A DNA stretch of 50,247 bases, taken from Spirochaetia bacterium. GTDB taxonomy: Bacteria > Spirochaetota > Spirochaetia > PWKH01. The notes beneath the pieces were generated by a model. That model saw only the letters and a list, made by a program, of their open reading frames with translations, was not told the origin of the DNA and did no database searches. The DNA is taken from NCBI GenBank assembly GCA_007128345.1, contig SKXS01000109.1, forward strand, positions 1 to 50,247, written 5' to 3'. Both the position numbers and the translations under genes were made by a program. Below are positions 43,507-50,247 of the stretch, in pieces. Position 1 is the stretch's first letter. Each line of letters begins with the position of its first letter.

Positions 43507-45813
43507 ATGAAAGTTTCAGATGCGGTGCAGGAAGTTCTTGGTACCGCCTACTTGACCGCCAGAGAGCGGCATCATGAATATATTACTCCTGAGCATCTGC
43601 TCTACGCATTGCTGTCGTATGAGAGCATAAGGTTTGTTCTTAAGGAATGCAGGGTATCGATAGGTGATCTCCAGCAGCAGATTGAAGCGTATTTTGACGA
43701 GTACATTCCGTCTTTGGATGGTGATCGGGAACCCGAGCAGACTGTGGGATTCCATGGAGTTGTTGAACGTGCGGTGGTACATACTGAATCTGCACAGAAG
43801 GAGTACCTTGAGCTCTCAGACCTGCTGGTGTCCATATTCGACGAGCAGGAGACCTTCAGTTCCTACTTCCTCATTCGTCAGGGGATGACGAAATTCCGCC
43901 TGGTTGAAGTCATCAGCCATGGGCTGCCCAGCCACCTTTCCCAGGAGGAATTTGACGATGATGACGATGATGACGATGCTGATCAGGATGCATCTGATGA
44001 GTCCGATGCGCAGCAAGATGATCAGCCTGTCAGAAAGCAGCGGAACCAGGAGTCGCTGCAGCGGTTCACCAGGAACCTGACGGAGGCCGCAAAACAGAAT
44101 CTCCTGGATCCCCTCATAGGAAGGGAGGACATCATCGAGCGTACCCTGCGTGTGCTCTGCCGGAGGACAAAGAACAATCCGATCCTTGTCGGCGATCCGG
44201 GGGTAGGCAAGACTGCTCTTGCTGCCGGTATTGCTCACCGAATAATTCAGGGGAATATTCCTCAGGCCCTCAGCGATATCGAAGTATTTGAACTTGATAT
44301 GGGCAGCCTGCTGGCCGGCACCAAATATCGCGGTGATTTCGAGGAACGGCTGAAGGCAGTCATCAACGAGCTCAAGTCGCTTAAGGCAATACTCTTCATT
44401 GATGAAATACACACCATTATCGGCGCAGGATCAGTGTCAGGGGGATCCCTGGACGGGTCGAACCTCCTTAAGCCTGCCCTTGCAGACGGCACACTCCGGT
44501 GCATCGGATCCACCACAGGAGATGAGTACAAGAAGATATTCTCAAAGGATGGCGCTCTCTCAAGAAGATTTCAGAAGATTGAGGTGCCTGAAACCACCGG
44601 CAAGGAGACTTTGGATATACTCCGGGGACTGCAGCAGCGGTTCGAGGAATACCACAAAGTGTCCTATTCCGAGAGCTCGCTTAAATCGGCGGTTGATCTT
44701 TCGGTCAAGTACCTCCATGACCGTAGGCTCCCTGACAAAGCCATTGACATAATGGACGAGGCAGGAGCGTTCCTGCAGATGAAGCATGTGCGCATAGGGC
44801 GGAAGAAGCGCGCTCCCAAGGTGGATACTACTGTCATCGAACGGATTGTTGCTTCCATGGCACGTGTGCCTGTGACCAAGATTAACAGGACTGAAAATGA
44901 GCGTCTTCAGGCTCTAGATGCTGAACTGAAGTCCCATGTGTTCGGGCAGGAACGTGCGGTCGAGCTGGTGGCTTCGGCTATCAAGCGCAGCCGGGCGGGC
45001 TTTTCAAAGCCGGAGAAACCGGTGGCTACCTTTTTATTTGTAGGTCCGACCGGGGTTGGAAAAACTGAGCTCTGCGTGCAGCTGTCGAGGACCATGGGCG
45101 TGCCCCTGATCAGGTTTGACATGAGCGAGTACCAGGAGAAGCATACCGTGAGCAGGCTGGTGGGTGCACCTCCCGGGTATGTGGGATATGATGAAGGAGG
45201 ACTCCTTACCGATGCCGTGCGCAAACAGCCCCACGCGGTGCTGCTGCTCGATGAGGTGGAGAAGGCTCACCAGGACATCTACAACATTCTCCTGCAGGTA
45301 TTCGACTATGCGACCCTTACTGACAACATGGGCAGAAAAGCTGATTTCCGAAATGTAATTATCGTCATGACCAGCAATGCCGGCGCCCGTGACTTGGGCC
45401 GCAGGATGATCGGGTTCATAGAAGATGCAACGGATTCATCTGAGGTGAGCATGGCGGTTGAGCGTCTCTTCTCGCCTGAGTTCCGCAACCGCTTGGATGC
45501 GGTGGTTACCTTCAACCATCTGGGCAGCCAGGAAGTGCTCTCCATCGTCGATAAGGAAATTCGTGAGTTCTCTGCAATGCTGGAAAAAAAGCGGGTAGGC
45601 ATGACTGTGACCGGCAGCGCACGTGAATGGTTTGCTCACAACGGATTCTCACAGGAATTCGGTGCCCGGAACATAGCGAGGCTCATCCAGAATACCCTCA
45701 AGGATACCCTGGTGGACCGGATACTCTTCGGTGATCTCCAGCGGGGAGGGAATGTGGTCGTTGACTTGCGTGATGGAGAGATCACCATAGAGACAGAACT
45801 GGTCAGCACCTGA
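43507..45813 (+). CDS. clpA: ATP-dependent Clp protease ATP-binding subunit ClpA
   Basis: ORF trimmed to ATG 43507. The protein has a Clp N-domain and two AAA+ modules (GDPGVGKTA and GPTGVGKTE). It has no ClpB/ClpC-type long middle coiled coil. Its position after clpS fits ClpA. Confidence 0.93.
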   Translation: MKVSDAVQEVLGTAYLTARERHHEYITPEHLLYALLSYESIRFVLKECRVSIGDLQQQIEAYFDEYIPSLDGDREPEQTVGFHGVVERAVVHTESAQKEYLELSDLLVSIFDEQETFSSYFLIRQGMTKFRLVEVISHGLPSHLSQEEFDDDDDDDDADQDASDESDAQQDDQPVRKQRNQESLQRFTRNLTEAAKQNLLDPLIGREDIIERTLRVLCRRTKNNPILVGDPGVGKTALAAGIAHRIIQGNIPQALSDIEVFELDMGSLLAGTKYRGDFEERLKAVINELKSLKAILFIDEIHTIIGAGSVSGGSLDGSNLLKPALADGTLRCIGSTTGDEYKKIFSKDGALSRRFQKIEVPETTGKETLDILRGLQQRFEEYHKVSYSESSLKSAVDLSVKYLHDRRLPDKAIDIMDEAGAFLQMKHVRIGRKKRAPKVDTTVIERIVASMARVPVTKINRTENERLQALDAELKSHVFGQERAVELVASAIKRSRAGFSKPEKPVATFLFVGPTGVGKTELCVQLSRTMGVPLIRFDMSEYQEKHTVSRLVGAPPGYVGYDEGGLLTDAVRKQPHAVLLLDEVEKAHQDIYNILLQVFDYATLTDNMGRKADFRNVIIVMTSNAGARDLGRRMIGFIEDATDSSEVSMAVERLFSPEFRNRLDAVVTFNHLGSQEVLSIVDKEIREFSAMLEKKRVGMTVTGSAREWFAHNGFSQEFGARNIARLIQNTLKDTLVDRILFGDLQRGGNVVVDLRDGEITIETELVST

Positions 45814-45820
45814 TACAGCC

Positions 45821-46546
45821 ATGGACAGAGATACATCATTCCCCACGCTTTCAGTGCATCAGCGCGTGCAGTTTCCTCTCCCCGAGGAGGCAAGTGATAT
45901 CGTTGCAGTCGGGGGAAACCTCTCAGTCGGTATGCTGATCTCCGCCTATGAGCAGGGCGTATTCCCCTGGTATGAAGATCCCTCGCCGATCATCTGGTGG
46001 TCACCGAGACAGCGGCTGGTGCTTTCCGTCGGATCCCTTCATGTATCCAGGAGGATGCGGCGGATCATCAGGCAGGCTGAGGATATTACCGTCACTGCTG
46101 ATACCGCATTCGACGAAGTGATCACTGCGTGCGCTTCAGCGGGGAGGGGCCGTGAGGAAGGAACATGGATTACTGCAGAGATGCAGCGTGCGTACATTGA
46201 CCTGCATGAAGCAGGGTTTGCCCACAGCATAGAAGCCTGGAGAGGCGATGCACTTGTGGGAGGACTCTACGGGGTTTCCCTGGGTTGTGCGTTCTTTGGC
46301 GAGTCCATGTTCTCACGCACACCCAACGGATCAAAGTTCTGCCTGCAGAAACTGCATGAGCTGCTTGAAGCGCTGGAGTTTCTCTTCATCGACTGCCAGG
46401 TCCGTACCGATCACATGCTCTCCCTCGGCGCTGCTGAGATTGAGCGTGACAGATTTCTGGCTATGCTGGAGGAGGCCCTTCGGTCACCCTCGATAACCGG
46501 AAGCTGGAGCGGGCTGCTTAGTGTTCATACGCGCTCCCGCCGATGA
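45821..46546 (+). CDS. aat: Leucyl/phenylalanyl-tRNA-protein transferase
   Basis: AYEQGVFPWYEDPSPIIWWSPRQR, HSIEAWRGDALVGGLYGVSLGCAFFGESMFS and DCQ are present. Confidence 0.9.
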   Translation: MDRDTSFPTLSVHQRVQFPLPEEASDIVAVGGNLSVGMLISAYEQGVFPWYEDPSPIIWWSPRQRLVLSVGSLHVSRRMRRIIRQAEDITVTADTAFDEVITACASAGRGREEGTWITAEMQRAYIDLHEAGFAHSIEAWRGDALVGGLYGVSLGCAFFGESMFSRTPNGSKFCLQKLHELLEALEFLFIDCQVRTDHMLSLGAAEIERDRFLAMLEEALRSPSITGSWSGLLSVHTRSRR

Positions 46547-48209
46547 ACTCCCTCAGAAGAGAGTGCTCAGGAACCAGATGTGACGGTATGGGGTAGAAGT
46601 GTTCAAGGAAAGCCAGGAGTCTTCGTGCCTGAGTGTATTCCGCATCTGCGGGCTTGATCATCTTCAGCAGCGGTTCAGCGTACGGCTTGAGCACCGAGAG
46701 TTCATAGTCCAGTGCAGAGTTGAACGCGGCGTCTGCCAGATTCTGAAAAGGGAATATGTTGGTTTTCTCACCCCGGTGTACCGACGGCCACATCTCCAGG
46801 GTCTTCCTGGGATCAGTCCCCCTGAACTGATGGTCCCGTACCATCCTTCTGATCATACGGTTGTCAGTGGTTGATATACGGTTGTGGTCATCCAGGTTGA
46901 GCTGGGTAAGCGCTGATATATAGATCTGGAACTTGGCATCATGGGGTATAAGGGGGGTGAGTTCGGGGTTCAGACCGTGAATTCCCTCCATGATCAGCAG
47001 CGAGGAAGGAGAGAGCCTGAGGGACGTGCCCCTAGGATACGGCTTTCCGTCTCTGAAACTATACCGGGGAATCTCCACCTCCTCACCATTTAAGAGCTTG
47101 ACGAGATCCTCATTGAGCTGATTGATATTCAGCGCGTGGAGCGACTCAAGATCCGGTTTGCCGTATGTATCCAGGGCTACTTTGTCCCGGGGGAGATAGT
47201 AGTCATCCAGGGATATCATGACAGGGCGAAAACCCAGCACCGTAAGCTGAACCCCGAGCTTCCTGGTAAAGGTGGTCTTGCCCGATGAAGAAGGACCGGC
47301 TATGAACACCGCCTTGACCAATTCCCTTCGTTCCTGAATCTGATCGGCAATACGGGAAATCTTCTTGTCGTGCAGTGACTCGGCAACATGGATGAATGGC
47401 CCTGCTTCACGCTCATCGATAAGCTTGCTCAGTCTGCCGACATTGTGAACTCCCAGGATAGCGCCCCACTGCTTGTACTCCTGGTAGATAGAGAAAAGTA
47501 CCGGATTATCTTTGAATACAGCAATATGCTTAACTGAGCTCTGCCGGGGGTAGCGAAGGAGCATGCCCTTTGCACTGTAGGGCTGCAGGGCAAATCGGTC
47601 GAGCAGTCGGGTGTTGTCTAAAAGCGGCTCGTATGACACATCAACATAGGTGCCGCAGGTGTAGAGGGGAACCTTGGGTTTGTTCGTAAATGACAGCAGC
47701 AGAGCAGCTTCTTCGAGGTCATGCTCCCTAAGCAGTTCGATCGCTTCATGGTAGGGCAAAAATTCCCTGACGATAGGAAGGGACTGAGAAACCAGGGATC
47801 TCATCTGTGCTTCTATGGCCTTGACCGTTTCAGCGGAGATCAATCCGTTCCCATCCATAGTGTAGTAGAACCCGTCTCCCAGGGCATGGCCAATTACCAC
47901 ATGCTTCTGCGGGCAGATGATTGAGCATGCCATGGCCAGGAGATAGCAGATGGAGTGCCGGTATATCCGCCTGCCGTTCTCACTGAACAGGTGAACAGGC
48001 TGAATACATGCGTTGAACTCCAGCGGTACGGAGAAGCTTGCCAACTCGTTGTTCACTGTAATGGCGATTACTGGATTCTCATCATACCTAGTACCGTCAA
48101 TACGGAAGTCTGCATATTCTCGTATTACGTGGGATGCTTTGGTGCCGAAGGGAACCCGGACTTCCTTGCCCTGGTCGAACGATATGGTTATATCCTTCAT
48201 GGCGTGCAT
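46518..48209 (-). CDS. Uridine-kinase/PRK-family nucleoside kinase fused to an N-terminal TGS plus ThrRS-like region
   Basis: 563 aa. The N-terminus is a beta-grasp TGS-like segment (ITISFDQGKEVRVPFGTKASHVI). The P-loop is FIAGPSSSGKTTF, followed by ISLDDYY and a uridine-kinase-like C-terminal half. The start is ATG 48209 or 48200. Confidence 0.8.
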   Translation of the reverse strand: MHAMKDITISFDQGKEVRVPFGTKASHVIREYADFRIDGTRYDENPVIAITVNNELASFSVPLEFNACIQPVHLFSENGRRIYRHSICYLLAMACSIICPQKHVVIGHALGDGFYYTMDGNGLISAETVKAIEAQMRSLVSQSLPIVREFLPYHEAIELLREHDLEEAALLLSFTNKPKVPLYTCGTYVDVSYEPLLDNTRLLDRFALQPYSAKGMLLRYPRQSSVKHIAVFKDNPVLFSIYQEYKQWGAILGVHNVGRLSKLIDEREAGPFIHVAESLHDKKISRIADQIQERRELVKAVFIAGPSSSGKTTFTRKLGVQLTVLGFRPVMISLDDYYLPRDKVALDTYGKPDLESLHALNINQLNEDLVKLLNGEEVEIPRYSFRDGKPYPRGTSLRLSPSSLLIMEGIHGLNPELTPLIPHDAKFQIYISALTQLNLDDHNRISTTDNRMIRRMVRDHQFRGTDPRKTLEMWPSVHRGEKTNIFPFQNLADAAFNSALDYELSVLKPYAEPLLKMIKPADAEYTQARRLLAFLEHFYPIPSHLVPEHSLLREFIGGSAYEH

Positions 48210-48226
48210 ATGCTCCTTGCAGGTAC

Positions 48227-48254
48227 TTGATTATTTTCCTGGGTATCATAGCAT
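48227..48254 (+). promoter_or_regulatory. Putative promoter of the aminotransferase gene (TTGATT-N16-TAGCAT)
   Basis: TTGATT at 48227-48232 and TAGCAT at 48249-48254. The match is weaker than the other promoter calls. Confidence 0.3.
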
Positions 48255-48369
48255 AGAAACAGCAGGTGGGAAACCGCACCTGAGCTATTGTCACACAGGG
48301 GGCTCTCTGGTACTGTAGGATCACGTTTTTTATGGTCGAGAACCATCTCTATAGCTGCAGGAGGACGAC

Positions 48370-49560
48370 ATGAGGTATTCACAGCGAATCCGGGAGATGG
48401 CAGAAAGCCCCATCCGCAAGCTGGCTCCGCATGCAGAGAGTGCAAAGGAACGGGGCATTACTGTCTACCACCTGAACATAGGGCAGCCGGACATCAAGAC
48501 CCCGAAACAGATGCTCCAGGCAATCCATTCCATGCCCCTGGACATCATTGCCTACGGCCCCTCGGAAGGACTCCCGTCATACCGGAGACGCCTGCCAGAG
48601 TACTACGCATCAAAGGGGATTCACCTAACATATGAGGATATCCTGATAACGACTGCAGGCAGTGAAGCTCTGCTGTTCCTGCTTATGGCGCTCTGTGATC
48701 ACGGCGATGAGCTCATCGTACCGGAGCCGTACTACGCGAATATGAACGGGTTTTCATCCATGGCCGGGGTGACCCTTGTGCCGGTGAGGACCCGGATTGA
48801 AGACGGATTCTCACTGCCGGACACGCCGGCGTTTGCGGCTGCCGTTACCGAGAGGACCCGGGGAATACTCATCTGCAATCCCAACAATCCGACAGGTGCT
48901 GTCTACCAGGAGTCACAGCTCCATGAACTGGCAGGTCTCGTGAAGGAGAAGGACCTCTTCCTGGCGGCCGATGAGGTCTACAGGGAATTTGTGTATGACG
49001 GGAAAACCCATACAAGCATCCTGTCCCTGCCGGCAATACAGGACCGCACAGTGGTGGTGGACAGTATATCAAAACGGTACAGCGCCTGCGGGGCCAGGAT
49101 AGGCACCTTTATATCCCGTGACCGCGGGCTCCTTGCGGGGGTGCTCAAGATGGCCCAGGCGAGGCTGTGCCCTCCGACGGTTGAACAGATGGCCGCAGAG
49201 GCGGTACTGGATTTGGACCAGAGCTACTTTGATGATGTGCTCAAGGAATACCAGCTGCGGCGGGATATCCTGTATCAGGGGCTTTCCTCAATTCCCGGGG
49301 TTGTCTGCAGCAAGCCGGCGGGAGCTTTCTATCTGGTGGCCCGTCTCCCGGTGGACGAAGCTGAGAAGTTCGCCGTATTCATGCTCCGGGACTTTTCCCA
49401 TGAAGGGAAGACCGTCATGCTGGCGCCGGCTTCCGGGTTCTACCAAACTCCAGGCGCGGGCCGGGATGAGGTACGCATTGCCTATGTGCTCAATGTCCGG
49501 GATCTTGAACAGTCGATCGATATTATCCGCAGGGGCCTGGAGGCGTACCGCTCGCGGTAG
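48370..49560 (+). CDS. Class-I pyridoxal-phosphate-dependent aminotransferase (aspartate-aminotransferase-like)
   Basis: SPIRKLA...NIGQPD, NPNNPTG and the PLP lysine in SISKRYSACGARIG are present. A GGAGGA SD is present. Confidence 0.88.
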   Translation: MRYSQRIREMAESPIRKLAPHAESAKERGITVYHLNIGQPDIKTPKQMLQAIHSMPLDIIAYGPSEGLPSYRRRLPEYYASKGIHLTYEDILITTAGSEALLFLLMALCDHGDELIVPEPYYANMNGFSSMAGVTLVPVRTRIEDGFSLPDTPAFAAAVTERTRGILICNPNNPTGAVYQESQLHELAGLVKEKDLFLAADEVYREFVYDGKTHTSILSLPAIQDRTVVVDSISKRYSACGARIGTFISRDRGLLAGVLKMAQARLCPPTVEQMAAEAVLDLDQSYFDDVLKEYQLRRDILYQGLSSIPGVVCSKPAGAFYLVARLPVDEAEKFAVFMLRDFSHEGKTVMLAPASGFYQTPGAGRDEVRIAYVLNVRDLEQSIDIIRRGLEAYRSR

Positions 49561-49565
49561 CCGGT

Positions 49566-50247
49566 ATGTACTGGTTCCTGCTGCTGGTTCCCCTGGCACT
49601 CCTTGCCTGGGGAATCATGGAAGCGCGATATGCATTGAAGGTCCGCACCCATGAACTGGGGACCAGAGGTGTACGGATCGTCTGGGCTTCCGACTTCCAC
49701 TGCCGCTGGTGGTATCCGCCTTCGTGCATCCGAAGGATAGCAGACAGAATCGCTTCTCTCAATCCTGATATCGTGATCTTCGGAGGGGACTTTGTTGATG
49801 CAGGCGAGCAGTACGTTGACGCCTGCATCGGGGAGCTGTCACGTGCCGGTGGGGGCACGCTTACAGCGGCAGTACTGGGAAACCATGACATCCAGTGGTC
49901 CCGGGGAAGCTGCCCCCGGAACCGGATCGTCAGCCGCCTGGAGCAGGCAGGAATCCGCCTGCTGCACAATGCATCGGTAACAGAAACTGTCCGCGGGATA
50001 CCTGTGCAGATTATCGGAACTGCTGATCTGAGCAGAGATGTCTCCTACATTGGCCATCTCACGCAGGATCCGAAGGCCCAACTGGTAATCCTTGCAAGCC
50101 ACAATCCAGATTTTGTCCCGCTGGCAGATGCACTGCCCTTTGATGTTGCCCTCTGCGGCCACACGCATGGCGGACAGATCACCTTCTTCGGCATACCGGT
50201 CACTACCCACACGCGCCATCGCAGAAGCCTGGGGCGGGGACGATGCA
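49566..50247 (+). CDS. Calcineurin-like metallophosphoesterase with an N-terminal TM segment, truncated at the 3' end by the window
   Basis: The ORF is open to the window end, so it is absent from the ORF track. My own translation gives MYWFLLLVPLALLAWG..., with motifs SDFH, GGDFVD, GNHD and GHTHGGQ. Confidence 0.8.
   Translation, partial: MYWFLLLVPLALLAWGIMEARYALKVRTHELGTRGVRIVWASDFHCRWWYPPSCIRRIADRIASLNPDIVIFGGDFVDAGEQYVDACIGELSRAGGGTLTAAVLGNHDIQWSRGSCPRNRIVSRLEQAGIRLLHNASVTETVRGIPVQIIGTADLSRDVSYIGHLTQDPKAQLVILASHNPDFVPLADALPFDVALCGHTHGGQITFFGIPVTTHTRHRRSLGRGRC

Noticed and set aside
1-50247. Window-wide look for CRISPR arrays, tRNA/rRNA/tmRNA genes, IS elements, integrases, phage genes, toxin-antitoxin pairs and defence-system hallmarks.
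   Set aside because: None was found. All gaps of 130 nt or more were read by eye and contain only promoter, leader or terminator-like sequence. Every large ORF has a housekeeping assignment except the hypothetical proteins listed above.

Overview
This window is a densely packed core-chromosome segment carrying housekeeping genes. I support 62 protein-coding genes, 56 of them on the + strand. I saw no rRNA or tRNA genes, CRISPR arrays, transposases or integrases, and no recognisable defence or secretion island.

Gene order:
- An ORF-free 5' region, then tuf.
- A complete S10-spc-alpha ribosomal-protein cluster: rpsJ-rplCDWB-rpsS-rplV-rpsC-rplP-rpmC-rpsQ-rplNXE-rpsZ-rpsH-rplFR-rpsE-rpmD-rplO-secY-rpmJ-rpsMKD-rpoA-rplQ. 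rpmJ is absent from the ORF track because it is shorter than 60 aa.
- rny-ymdB-tlyA, a GerMN-like gene (-), an orphan ptsI, der, and a HAD hydrolase.
- A membrane-anchored coiled-coil/acidic hypothetical protein, then grpE-dnaK-dnaJ-rlmB.
- A minus-strand tatD-dus-purD operon.
- A PSP1 (RicT/YaaT-like) gene, rpsT, an HU gene, lnt-cinA, rho (with a long N-terminal extension), and rpmE.
- A divergent galK-like kinase, then surE, a YkgJ-like Cys-cluster protein, and nifS-nifU.
- clpS-clpA-aat (an N-degron module), a TGS/uridine-kinase fusion (-), a class-I aminotransferase, and a 3'-truncated metallophosphoesterase.

The gene order and content resemble a Treponema/Spirochaeta-like spirochete: tuf sits directly before rpsJ, secY abuts rpmJ without adk/map/infA, and RNase Y, TlyA, an orphan Enzyme I and a NifS/NifU-only Fe-S system are present. 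This taxonomic call is inference only.

I do not see a convincing novel multi-gene system. The items most worth follow-up are:
- the uncharacterised membrane-anchored protein sitting where hrcA usually lies upstream of grpE;
- the grpE and rho leaders, each with a well-placed SD plus mini-ORF;
- two promoters placed so close to their start codons that the mRNAs would be leaderless (ptsI and the PSP1 gene);
- the structured ORF-free element with a consensus promoter upstream of tuf;
- the disordered N-terminal extension of Rho;
- a GalK homolog lacking the conserved active-site Arg.

All promoter and terminator calls are motif-based readings by eye and are unverified.
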